A stretch of 64,000 bases of DNA, from assembly GCF_009914755.1 (NCBI RefSeq), contig NC_060936.1, one strand, 5' to 3'. Below are positions 15,301-31,003 of the stretch, piece after piece (positions within the stretch are counted from its first letter, which is position 1; the number at the start of each line of letters is the position of its first letter). The notes below the pieces were generated by a model. It was not told the origin of the DNA. It made no database searches and saw only the letters and a program-made list of their open reading frames with translations. This stretch comes from the human T2T-CHM13v2.0 reference genome, Homo sapiens. A program made the translations under genes and the position numbers.

Positions 15301-15889
15301 AAACCCTAGTGAGAACAGAGAGATATTAAAGGGCACATATTAAAGTATGAACATACTCTATGACAATTTATTGGTAAACCTCAGTGTAATTTTTTTTACT
15401 GCAAAGAACAGTGATTTGAAGGGAAAATTAGATCAAGAGGAATTTATGCCTCTATACCATTAGTAAGGGGCCCCCAAACATGAATTATTGACCATAATTG
15501 CTAGTCTTAGGGCCTCTTGTAGTCATCTTGGTTTTTTTTCCCCTCAAATATTCTTTATAAAAGTACTTATTAGTAAATTTCTATGTTGCTTGAAAATAGT
15601 GTTAAAAAGTAAGGTTTTGAAGCAAGTAAAACCTTGTAGCAATTGACTGCTAAGCTTTTCATTGTTTTATAGCATTCCTTAGCAAATAAAAAACCAAATC
15701 AAAATCCTGTTTCCTGTTGCTCAGATTATGGGTGGGCCTTTTCTAGATGAAGTAAATAGTTACAGACTGCATGGAACACAGAAGACAACATACAAACTGA
15801 GAAACTCTGTCTTGTAAATGTCATCTTTCTGAGCTCATCATCCAAGCTGAGTGTACAGTCATTGCAGAGTAGTGTTAAGTCAGAATAAG

Positions 15890-16021
15890 GGTTTTATTTT
15901 GTTTGTTTGTTTGTTTGTATTTTAGGCTAGCCAAGTGAAGCAGTGGAAGTGGAGGAGGAACAAAGAAATCTGTAACTAGTTTTGATCAATTAGTTGTAGA
16001 CACCATGCACTCAGACCAGCC
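15890..16021 (-). pseudogene. RNY3: Y3 RNA retro-pseudogene with A-rich tail
   Basis: Reverse complement GGCTGGTCTGAGTGCATGGTGTCTACAACTAATTGATC...TTACAGATTTCTTTGTTCC...CTGCTTCACTTGGCTAGCCT matches hY3; (AAAC)n tail; TSD aagtcagaataag at 15877-15889 and 16022-16034. Confidence 0.96.
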
Positions 16022-17358
16022 AAGTCAGAATAAGTTTAAAGCAGGAGTGAACACCTTTATCCCCAAATTACCCATCTCAGAGATGGAGATAAACAGAGAA
16101 GGCCTAAGGCCTAAGTAATAGGTAGTTATGACTTATCCACATAGTACCTCCCTTCTTGGAAATCTCTGAAATACTCTCTCATTTTCTTTCCTCCCACTTC
16201 CATCCATGGCTACAGGAGTAGTCATGATGGGTACCTAAGCATAGCCAGTGAATTTATTCACTGGGGGTTTTAGATCTGGAAACACTGGAGATTAAGATGA
16301 TCTCTGTCCTGTAGTTGTATGCTCTGCAAGTAAAATCTTGATACCGTTGGCAGCCATTTTTTCCTACTATGTAAAGAATACACAGAGAGAGAGAGAACAA
16401 AGAGAAAAGGAGATAAAAGGTATAGAGAACACCTTGGGGATATTTAAGCTCCTGGCTCGAGTTGTTCCAGAGCATTATCCTGTCCTGTAGGCTGGCCCTT
16501 CTTGTGACTTGGTTATTCACCTTCCCCTTAGATTCTATGAGACCCCAATAATCTGCCAATAAGTTCCTTTTATACTTTTTCTTAAGGTAGTGTTTTATTT
16601 ATTATCCCTTGTAACCAATACAATCCTAAATAATTAAGGATTCTTATTAAATAATTAACATATTGATAAGAATATTCCAGATGTAAGGACCTTGAGTTAA
16701 CAATTACAAATATTAAGTGAAGGCAGACACATGTCCTTCTCCTTCCACTTGGGCTCTGACATACCCTCTGGAGCACTCCAACTCCCCCGTCACCCGCAGC
16801 CTTCCCCTGAAGCTCATGCCTACCATGCTTAGTTCTACTTAATTTTTAGGACTGACTTTTCAGGAAAGGAAAGGGAAGAGGACAGGGAATGTCAGTAGAG
16901 CGTTTTACAGAGCATGAGGTCTGCATAGCTGGCATATGGTAGAGATCAGACAGGCATGCTCCTGACTCTGCTACTCCATTATCATACTGCTAAACACCAT
17001 GAAACACTGTGTAAGTTTGCGCTATTACAGTTATTTTAAACTGTTTTTATATTTAGTTGCTTACTTTTAAATTTATATTTACACAGAATTGTTTTTAAAG
17101 CAGGAAGTACAAGAAACTGATGTGGAAATACACATTATTAATAAGGAGCACGGATTTGACTTCATTAAATTTGTAAACTTCTGAACACTAAAAAATCAGA
17201 ATAACAAGGAAAACATGAATGACAAACTAGGAAAATATATTTTTAGTAGTTTAAAATAGTTAATATCTTTAATTAGACAGAAGAGCTGGCATCTTTTGAA
17301 TTTCTCATTCAGCTAAGAGTCAGTGTCCACAGAACAGCTTACAAGTATATAATCACAT

Positions 17359-17667
17359 CTTTTTTTCTTCTTTGAGACAGGGTCTCACTCTGTCACCCAG
17401 GCTGGAGTAGCGTGATCTCAATATTGGCTCACAGCAGCCTCGACCTCCCAGGCTCAAGCGATTCTCCTGCCTCAGCCCCCCAAGAAGCTTGGACTATAGG
17501 TGCATGCCACCACGACTGGCTAATTTTTGTTTTCGTTTTGTTTTTTTGATAGAGACAGGGTTTCACTGTGTTGCATAGGCTAGTCTAGAACTCCTGTGCT
17601 CAAGCAATCTGCCCACCGTGGTCTCCCAAAGTGTTGAGATTACAGGCGTGAGCCACCCCACCTGGCC
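17359..17667 (-). mobile_element. Alu (AluJ-like)
   Basis: Full dimer. Confidence 0.93.
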
Positions 17668-18517
17668 AGATTATCATATTTTAGAAGACTCTTTTCAGAG
17701 TCTGTCCTCTACCTGAAGAGATCAAATCGGGAGCTAGTGTTATACGCCAAAATGATAAACAACAAAGAAAAACCAATTTTAAACATACGACATGCATTCA
17801 CATCCATGTACACCCAAGCAGAGAAACAGGCAGTGAATATGAAGAGGTAATTCCCAAATGAAATCCATTGATGAGGGACGGGGGAACAGAAAGAGTATAG
17901 CAAGGGTAATAGCAATTGCTGGTCCTGGCCTTTGATACCTTATGAGCAGCCTCTGGGGTTCTCTTTTCTGGCAATTTTGGGAGGCTTTAGGGCTATTTAC
18001 ATTTTTCCTCAGAAGACTAATTTAGCCTGTGGTCTTCCTAAATTCTCTGGATGATTATTTTTAACCTGTGTCTTTAAAGCTGTCTACCAGGCCTGGCAAG
18101 AAGATACAATTTGAAGCACAGGAAGGAAGCCTGCAGAGCTACCTCTGGGATGGACACTATTCTCTGAGGTGCTGCTTCCTCTTCCCCGCTGCTAAAAGTG
18201 AATTATTAAAGGGAGATTAAAATAAGCTAAAAATTTAATTAACAAAGTAATGAGATCATCAGAACCAGCAGACATAATAAAAACAGGACAGATCCACCCA
18301 CAGACAGTCCTAAGTCAGAAATAACTGAAGATAATAACTTGTTCTGAGTAGCAGATGTGACGTTGAGGGCAGGGACGTTTCTTAACCAAAGACTTGTAAA
18401 TTCTCCACTGGACTACCCCGGAGGCTTATGTGCCCTGATGTGTCTACGGGCTTTTAGGCTCTCAGCTGTTTGCAAGTTCTCTGCACTCTGCTGACCTCAA
18501 AGAAGTCACATGCAAAT

Positions 18518-18830
18518 TTCTTTCTTTCTTTTTTTTTTTTTTAATGTGAGACGCAGTCTCACTCTGTTGCCCAGGCTGGCGTGCCAATGGCACCATCTCG
18601 GCTCACTGCAACCTCTGCCTCCCTGGCTGAAGTGATTCTCCTTTCTCAGCTTCCCTAGTAGCTAGGATTACAGGCACCTGACAACACGCCTGGCTAATTT
18701 TTGTATTTGTAGTAGAGACAGGGTTTTACCATGCTGGCCAGGCTGGTCTTGAACTCCCGACCTCAGGTGATCCACCTGCCTCAGCCTCCCAAAGTGCTGG
18801 GATTACAGGTGTGAGCCACCACGCCCAGCC
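18518..18830 (-). mobile_element. Alu (AluS-like)
   Basis: Full dimer; TSD gcaaatttc. Confidence 0.95.
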
Positions 18831-18922
18831 GCAAATTTCAAAACTGTAGAGTTGGAGTGTGTTTCCTTAAAAAGTGTCGTATGCGTGGTACAAACAATGC
18901 TCCTATTTTAGATTCTGTTTTT

Positions 18923-19052
18923 GGCTGGGCATAGTGGCTCACACCTGTAATCCCAACACTTTGGAAGGCCAAGGCAGGAGGATTGCTTGAGGCTAGGAGT
19001 TTAACAGCAGCTTAGGCAACATAGTAAGACTCTCATCTTTATTTAAAAAAAA
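18923..19052 (+). mobile_element. FLAM-like Alu monomer
   Basis: Left monomer; TSD tagattctgttttt / tagattctgctctt. Confidence 0.9.
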
Positions 19053-19186
19053 TAGATTCTGCTCTTGGGGAATGTTCGTCTGGTTTATAGCTCATTTCCC
19101 TACACATTCCCATTCCAGTCCATAACTGATTTCTTTATGGACACCAGGGGTGGGTTTTATAGAATGTGCGATATCTATTACTTTAG

Positions 19187-19265
19187 CTGAGGAATTCCAG
19201 ACCAGCCTGGGCAACATAGTGAGACCCCATCTCTACAAAGAAAAAAAAAAGGAAAGAAAAAAAAG
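19187..19265 (+). mobile_element. 5'-truncated Alu/FLAM fragment
   Basis: agaccagcctgggcaacatagtgagaccccatctctac plus A tail. Confidence 0.85.
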
Positions 19266-20234
19266 AATCCTATAGAAAACCAGGTTGCAACAGTGAGAGG
19301 TAATAATACTACTAAAGTTATAAGCAAGAATAAACGGTGTCCCAGAAGAAAGCCTTTGAAAGTAGGCTCTGACATTTTGCTAGTCTACAAGCACATTTTA
19401 AAGCAGTTGCAATATTAAACTACTTTAGAAATTGCTGATTTCGGATATTAGTGACAACATTTTAATTACAATAGCATTTAGGATAAAAATGATATCAGTT
19501 GGCATGATAGTATATTTATAAGAGCATTTCATTAAAGCAATTACACTTTTGGTATTCACCTCTCTCCCCATGAGAACTATGGTATCAGTTGAGCTCATAA
19601 GAGCTCGCTTCAGCCAGAGACGGGCGAATCCGGAATCCATTTTCCAGGCTTCACTTTACACATTCTAAATCTTATCAGATTTTAAGCAGGTGAAACAACA
19701 GAAATGACATACAAATCAACCATTCCTCCTTTGGTTTTCTTCTTTGCTTTCTACTGGAGAAGGTTGAAACTTAGGGTTTTAATGATTTGTACACCAGTCT
19801 TTCATGCATTATTGCCATAGAACCTGAAGAGTCTGCGCCTGATAATTACCCACATTATCCTCATTTAATTTCTTCACTGAAATACAAGGCAGACCTAGAT
19901 TCAGAATAGGTGATGAACTAGACCTGTAGCATTTGTTTTACTGAAAGACAAAATCCAAAATTCAAATCAGTGAGAAAGGGGAAAAAACAAACATCCTTCA
20001 GATGTGACAAGTATTACATGGAGGTAGCAATGGCTGACATGTCCTATTCAGCTAAAAGGTTCAATGTCAGAGGGGGGATAAATAAATGCCGCCAGGCAGG
20101 GAGTGGTTTCTATGGAGGATTTAGCATTTCCCCTCTTGACTAGGATTATAGAATAAAGAAGATGCTCTTTAAATTTGTGGACACCACTAAATTTAAAGGC
20201 TAACATATCTTATGAAGATGAATTAGGATGAGAG

Positions 20235-20444
20235 TAGGGTTTGCCAGATAAAATACAGGATGCTCAGTTAAATTAGAATCTCAAACAAACAACACTTTTT
20301 TTAGTATACAAACAATTATAATTTTTAAGTGTGTTTTAAGCAACATTTGGGACATACCTATATGAAAAAATTATTCACTGCCTATCTGGAATTCAAATTT
20401 ACCTGTGTTCCCTGTGGTTTTTATTGCCAAACCTGGCACCGCTA
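20235..20444. mobile_element. MER53 palindromic MITE
   Basis: TIR tagggtttgccagataaaatacaggatgctcagttaaatt...aattcaaatttacctg...cctggcaccgcta. Confidence 0.88.
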
Positions 20445-20687
20445 GGTGGGGGACTTGTTGGGGAAAACAGACTATAAACAGTGATGAAAAAAAGGTATAA
20501 GACTTAGAGCAGTGAGCAGCTTGTTTTGGAACTCAAAATGATCCCATATATCTAAAGAAATTCTTAGACTGCAAAACAATAAAATTGGTTGAGAGAAGAA
20601 CCAACCTTCTGAGATGGTAAAGCTAAAAAAACAACAGTGAAAACCTTGGTTGTATGCTTCTAAATGGCAATTTTTCTAAAATTTTCA

Positions 20688-21217
<530 letters not shown>

Positions 21218-21739
21218 TAATTCTTTTTGCTTTTCCAATCTGCAGGTTTTCACTTTAGGTAGATAAGCAATAAGTGTTTTTGAACGAAGCAATTCTTTCC
21301 TTAAACATAACCCCCTTTCCAGTGCGTTTACAAGGTTCTTAACAATTATTGGCTTTATTTTGTAAGAAAATCATGACACTTGCCTATTTCTTAAGAAAAA
21401 ATCAGGGATATTTGTGTAGCCATCAAAGTGAGAAAATATCCAAGTTTGAGTGAAACCAGAGTCATTAAATTGTGACTACCCAGTCCACAGGAGTTCACAG
21501 ACGCAAATTACCTACTTGGATGAATCTGTCCCCAGGATAATTTTCAAAACACTGAGCTCAATTCAACCAACAAGCTAATCAGAAGAGATCCACCTTGAAA
21601 GAAAAAAGTCAGGCAGCAGCCTTCCAAGGACTTTTTTCTATAACCCTCTCAGCAAGGGAGTGAGGACCTTTTAAGAATTAAGCTTTGTAACTGCCCTATT
21701 GTTATTTGTGGACTCCCTCTGCTATTGTTTCCTCCATAG

Positions 21740-21893
21740 TGATTGACAGACAAACCCCTAAAATGAGAAGGATCAGTGCGTCTGTCTGTAGAGAGTGACA
21801 GCGTTGAAGCAAGACATTCAGAAGCCAGCCTGACACAAAGGGGACAAGAACAACTGCCACCCCAGCCCCCATCTCATTCCAACCCAAGAGACG
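21740..21893 (+). other. Candidate non-coding exon (154 nt)
   Basis: Acceptor ctctgctattgtttcctccatag; consensus donor ACG|gtgagt; non-repetitive, purine-rich body; no transcript evidence available. Confidence 0.35.
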
Positions 21894-21921
21894 GTGAGTC
21901 TGAGTCTAAAGAGAGTATGAG

Positions 21922-22878
21922 GGTCCAGGTGTGGTGGCTGACGCTCCTAATCCCAGCACTTTGTAAGGCAGGAGGATTATTTGAGGCCAGGAGTTTGAGA
22001 TTAACCTGGGCAAAATAGTCAGACTCTGTCTCTACAGAAAAAAAAAGAAAAAAAAATTAGCCAGTGATACAGGAGTTAAGAAGAAATCATTTTGGCAGAT
22101 AGTGAGAGTACGGGAGTCCCTGATAAGGTTTTCCTTTTAAAGAAAAGCAGCCCCCAGATCATTTCTTTTCTAACAAAGCAGCCTGTAAAATCGAGCTGCA
22201 GACATAGACAAGTAAGCTGATTGCACAGGTGAATGCCCTGGCAGTTGTGACAACAGGAAAAGGCTACCTGGGACTACGCATGATCAACATGGCGGCTCCA
22301 TCTTTCCTTCTCTTTGCTAGCCACATGTGCAGTAAGGAGCAGATGAGATGGTGCTGGCTAAGCGGAAAGCCCATTTACATAATAAGATTAGGGTGGGGCG
22401 ACCAGCCTTCCCTGCGCTATGTAAGGGACACCCCTGGTCAAACCAATCCATGGGCCCTACGTAAATCCGATACTGCCTCCTCAAGCCTGCCTATAAAATG
22501 TGCTGTGGTCTGCCATAGGCCAGCTTTTCCCTTTCGGATGCCCCTCTGTCGAGAGAGAGAGGGAGAGAGGGAGAACCACAACGCTACTTTTCTCTCTCCT
22601 CTCTCCTTTCTTCTGCCTATTAAACTTTCCGCTCCTTAACCCACCCACGTGTGTCCATGTCCTTAATCTTCTTGGCAAACCGCGGGTACCTACGCCCAGA
22701 CTATGACGTCGCTTCATTAGGTGTGGTGAGAGGTGCCTGTAGTTCTAGCTACTCAGGAGGCTGAGGCAGGAAGATCCCTGAGCCCAGGAGTTTGAGGCTG
22801 CAGTGATCTATGATCACGTCAGTGCACCCCAACCTGGGTAACAGAGAGAGACCTTGTCCTCACAAACAAACAAACAAA
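21922..22878 (+). mobile_element. AluJ-like element split by an LTR
   Basis: Left arm and linker 21922-22064; right arm resumes at 22717. Confidence 0.9.
22065..22716 (+). mobile_element. MER61-like (ERV1) solo LTR, 652 bp
   Basis: tgatacaggagttaagaagaaatc...gacgtcgcttca (TG...CA); cctataaaa TATA near 22490; attaaa near 22619. Confidence 0.8.
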
Positions 22879-23094
22879 AGGAATAAAGAGAATGGAGGAA
22901 TAGATTTGGCTCTTGAGGGAAGGGAGGCTGAGGAAGGGAAATGTGAATTCATTTGTACATATACAAATCCATTTGCATGTATACGTACTTTGGGAAGTAG
23001 GGTACATATCTTCTATTGTATTTTTAAACTTTTAGTTTTTTGTACTTTTTTCACTTTTATTTTACTTTGAACCCTGAGAAGCTACATATTTTAA

Positions 23095-23574
<480 letters not shown>

Positions 23575-24638
23575 TAGAAAAAGAAATAGTTGGAAAAAAC
23601 TTGCTTCTTTTTCTAAGCAATAAGATGTCATGGTAGCATATTTTTTTCATGACAATCCTATTGGTTCCTTACCATTTCCTAATTCTTAAAGGAATAAAAC
23701 ATTAAATTTTAAATAAATAAACTTTTTGAAGTACATTGAAAATCTTTCTGTTCTCTTTGCTTATTCAGACTCATTTTATATAGCAAAGGGAAATAAGAAG
23801 ATAATGAAAAATTTACCTACTTTACACTTTCACTCATGGTCAAGACCCCTCTGTTTACCTATGTCAGATTAATAATTGCTCCTTAGTAAATACCAAGGCC
23901 TTCTGAAAACAAAGACATCCTCAATACAGCTTCAGAGCCTGGCTCTGGGGTGAAGCAGCTTTAGAACATACCAACAGTATTTGTTGTAGAAATATAATAG
24001 AATCCTTGTGACATACTTTGCTCATGTGCTTTTCTGTCTGAGGACAAAACCTCTATCACAGAAAACATAACACCTACACTCACCAAGAATCTAGGTGTGA
24101 TGGGAGGGGAGGTGGAGGTGAACTTCACAAAGTCTAGAGATCACCCATTTCACACATTCCAAGAGCTGAAAATAAGTGTTCTTGCACCTCCAAAGTTATT
24201 CTCACAAAACGAGGTGCAATTATAAGTTAACATCTAGGTTTCAGTTACCACTTAGCTGCAGGGGAGTTTTAGAAATTATTACACTGATGAAATTAGATTT
24301 AATAAAATATTTCTTTTAAAAAGAAGCCTTAAAGAGAGCCTATATATTGCCATGTGTCATGGCAACCTGTGATCAATTAAGCAAATAACTTAGAGATCAG
24401 TGACCTTTTGTTCCAGTGAATTGGTAATCATAAATGTATATACATTTTGCAATACAGTCTCCTCTTTTAAAATATATGCATTTTTTCATAAGCAGAAGAC
24501 TCAAATGTTCTTTTTTTAATGCAATGCTACAGTGCAGGATTTTAATCTGTTATGCATTGATATCCATGTGTCTGAAATGCTGGATGCAACTCTATTTGAA
24601 GCAAGGCGTTGGGCACTCAAGAGACCATCTTCTGTTTA

Positions 24639-25083
<445 letters not shown>

Positions 25084-25324
25084 AAGTGCTCCCTCATCAC
25101 CCAAGATAATGCACTCTTTTTCCCCCCTCTTTGTTACTATAGCTCCAGAGGATCCATTTAATATGCACCTTTCTAAAAATATTGCAAACTCTTTAATAAA
25201 GTAATCTTCTTTGTGCCCCCATGACCTGGCTCTGTATGGGACACACAGTAGATACTCCCTAAATGTAGGTCGAGTGCATGGGTTAAAGTAAAAATAAAGT
25301 AAATGGCGAGAAGGAGTTCCATAT

Positions 25325-26169
25325 TGTTGGGGTTCAGAAAGCAAAATCCTGAAGACTAGCACTTTGGCATGCTGAGAAGCTTTAGAAGCTGCCTAAGAAT
25401 CAAAACCCTTCTAACACCTTGTCCTGTCCTTGCCTCCCCAAGAACAGGGTGAGTTTCTCTTTCAATTTTTCTTATCTGATCAGGAAAACTTTTTTCCAAG
25501 AGAAATGCAATTGTCTTAAGACTCCCTTTTTAGAAATATCATCAAAGAACCAGAAATGATCAACCACCAGAGAAAAGCAGAGACTGGGGTCACCATGCCC
25601 AGAAAAACTTTTTATTTATTTATTTTTTTTGAGAAAGGGTCTCTCTCTGTCATCCGGGCTGGCGTGCAATGGTGAAATCTGGGCCACTGCATCACTGCAG
25701 CCTCAACCTCCTGGGCTCAAGCCGTCCTCCCATCTCAACCTCCCAAAGTGCTGAGGTTACAGGCATGAGCCACTGCACCCAGCCCCAGACAGACTTTTCA
25801 TCTGTTCTTCTGAGGGCAGCTCCAAGAGATCACTTGGGGGACTTTATCTGCATAAAGCAACGTGCGACACAGTTCCACTTCTCCCCTTCCCATAATGTCT
25901 GCCTTCCACCTCCCTGACCCATTCATTCTCCCCAATGATTTACTGCCCTTCAAAAGAATCTGCATTCCTCGTCTCCTCCTTCCCCTATGAAAAAGGGTAC
26001 ATAAGCTTTTGTACCACACTGGGTATTTGGGTAATTACTCTGTGATAGCCCCCTCTGCCCTTGTGCACGTTAATAAATTTGTACGCCTGTTCTCTTATTA
26101 ATCTGCCTTTTGTCAGTGGCTTTGCAGCAAAACTTCAGAAGCAGAGGAAGTTTTCTCTTTGTCCCTCCA
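25325..26169 (+). mobile_element. MER39-like solo LTR with nested Alu monomer
   Basis: tgttggggttcagaaagc...caaccaccagagaaaagcagagactggg...ttaataaatttgtacgcc...cagcaaaacttcagaag; collinear with 1692-3221. Confidence 0.78.
25609..25784 (-). mobile_element. FRAM-like or recombined Alu monomer
   Basis: Right-arm 3' end joined to a left-arm 5' end with no linker; TSD agaaaaactttt / agacagactttt. Confidence 0.8.
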
Positions 26170-26190
26170 AGACATTTGGAAAACCACTAC

Positions 26191-26962
<772 letters not shown>

Positions 26963-27057
26963 CCATCGTTTGGACTGCAACTGTGATCCTAGATGATTGC
27001 AAAAGGGCTGCAAACTTATTTTCTCTTCTCATTCCCAGAGAACTAAGAAAAAATATA

Positions 27058-28743
<1,686 letters not shown>

Positions 28744-28788
28744 TATTTAGACTGAGTAAGTGTATAACGTGATATCCGAGGACATACA

Positions 28789-28886
28789 CATAACTTTACA
28801 TATGTCATAATTTACTTATGTAATTTACATATTTTACATATGTAATTTACATAATTTACATATGTCATAACTTTACATATGTCACA
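28789..28886. repeat. AT-rich degenerate tandem repeat (cataa(c)tttacatatgt)
   Basis: Repeated tttacatatgt / cataatttac motifs. Confidence 0.85.
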
Positions 28887-28899
28887 ATTTTAATTGCTA

Positions 28900-29215
28900 A
28901 AATTATTTCCCCATTTGACAAATGAGCACATAGGGGTTGAAAGAGTTTAAATAACTGGTGTCAAAAAGTGTGTAACAATAAGACTAACATTTGAGTGATT
29001 ACCATGTGTTAGGCACCATGCCAGGCTGTTTATATAAATTATCTTAGCTCATCCTGACAGCAAAACTATACAGCTGGGTACTTTTCAATATTTCTCTATT
29101 TTAAAAATGAAAGAACTGAGGCACAGAGTGTAAATGATATGCCCAAAGTCTCTGGTACTTGGCAGAGGAAGAATTTGAACCCAAGGAGAATGATTCTAAA
29201 GCCCAGGTCCTATGC
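28900..29215 (-). mobile_element. MIR fragments
   Basis: cccatttgacaaatgag..., actgaggcacagag...gaatttgaacccaagg. Confidence 0.7.
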
Positions 29216-30449
29216 TGTATGTGGACACTGTGTCTTCACCAGCCCCTCCATCCCTGCCTCTGATTTCACAGGCACTCCACACACCCACTAACTGCCCTTT
29301 AGCATCCTGTAATTGTGATTCTATTATCTCGGCCATTTCCAACAGAATGCTTTCTTTAACTCTCTTACCAGTACTCTTATCACATCAAAACAGCAATAAA
29401 GTATGCTTATTTTTCCTGATTTCAGAGTTAATCTTTACAAAATGCTTTGGATATATGAAGCAAGTCTAGCAGCCAAAATATTATATAGGTTTCTACGATG
29501 TGTTCTGTTTGGGATTCCAGCAGCAAATCCACTCTGTTTTTTCTACATTGTTTGATCACAGTCAGTATTCTGCGTTTAGGCAGTTCTGAAGGGACCTTCT
29601 TATTTGTCACAATTATACAGTTGTAGTTTGATAAATGTTCAGCACCCTGGTACAACAATTGATTCTGTTTTTGTTGTTTTATCCCCCTTTTCCAGAATTG
29701 TATATTTCCACATATGCTGGACAATAGGCAGAAAGTGGAGACCCAAAGAACTTGTGATATGACGGACATAAGAAGCTTCAGTTGGCCTCAAATGTCAAAT
29801 AATATCCTTCCTGAATAATCAAGAATGTCAAGCTTTTACTTTCTACATCTTGGACTGTACTTTGTACCAATCTCAAGTCCCATATGATGCACTTTCTAGG
29901 TGAAAAGTTTTTTTTTACAGACCTTAAATTTTTCTTTATTTACTTTTTAGAGTGATGGTATATATTAGTTTCACCACGTTAGTAATTCATGCTATATAAA
30001 TGATAAGCCAAAGTAAGAAAAATAGTGAAATGAATTGCAAATCTAACTACATTTTTTAGTTTCCATAATCACCACAGAAATTGCTGTTAGTGCACTTGAT
30101 CCAAGAAGAGTCATTCACAATCTCTCCCTTGCATGTTTCCCACCTGGATACAGATTCGTTTAGAGGTCAGCCTCTGACACAAGATCAGTCAATCCAATGC
30201 CTGCCATTATAGTTTTGGAAAGGTGCCTAAAAAGACATTAATTTTCCTCCAAATGACAGAAACTAAAGGCAGGTGAATGCGGCAGCTATTGGTGTACTTG
30301 GATGCTGAGGATCAGGCAGAGTGGCTTGGTAATGAGAGAGATGAATGAGACAGACACCCAGAGAGAAAGGAAATTAAGGAGCAGTAAAAGCATTTTACAC
30401 CCCTCCCTCCACTCTGCCAACCCTCAGGGCTCATACACTTTTGCTAACT

Positions 30450-31003
30450 ATATCACTTATGTGCTGTTGTATACCAAATTACCTCAAAACTAAGTGGCTT
30501 AACACAACAGCATGTATTATCCCACAATTTCTGTGGGCTGAGAATCTAGACAGGGAGTAGTTGGATCCCCTGTGTCAGAGTCTTCCACGAGTTTGCAGTC
30601 AAAGTCCTGACTGAGGTTGTGGTTTCATCTGAAATTTCAAATGGGGAAGGATCCTTTCCCAAGTTCACTCATATGGCTGCAGTAGGATTCAGTTTCCTGC
30701 AGACTGTTACACTAATAGCCTCAGTTTCTCACCACCTGTTGGCCAGAGGCTGCACTCAGTTTCTTGTCACATAAGCTTCTCAGCTCACAGCATGGCATCT
30801 GCCTTTGTCAGAGTGAAAAGAGAAAAAGCCACCAAGAAGGAAGTCATGGTCTAATCTTGGAGGAGAATCTTATGACTTTTGCTGCTCTCTTCTCGTTAGA
30901 AGCCACTACATCCAGCCTCTACTCATGGGAAGGAAATGACACAAGGTGTGGGTATCAGGAGGCAGAAATCTTTGAGAGCCGTTTTAAAAGCAACCTAACA
31001 CAC
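30450..31003 (-). mobile_element. MLT1F-like MaLR LTR
   Basis: ccaaattacctcaaaactaagtggcttaa...ccaagttcactcatatggctg...ggattcagtttcctgc. Confidence 0.75.

Noticed and set aside
17699-17846. Possible 148-nt exon with one open frame (VCPLPEEIKSG...)
   Set aside because: Short pyrimidine tract with upstream AGs, mediocre donor GAG|gtaatt, unrecognised peptide
19910-19945. C/D-box snoRNA (GTGATGA...CTGA)
   Set aside because: Boxes only about 30 nt apart and no terminal stem
22229-22639. 136-aa ORF
   Set aside because: GTG start, wholly inside an LTR, no recognisable protein family
29428-29769. 113-aa minus-strand ORF in unique sequence
   Set aside because: No recognisable homology or promoter; it reads across a + strand pyrimidine tract; length is within chance for 64 kb
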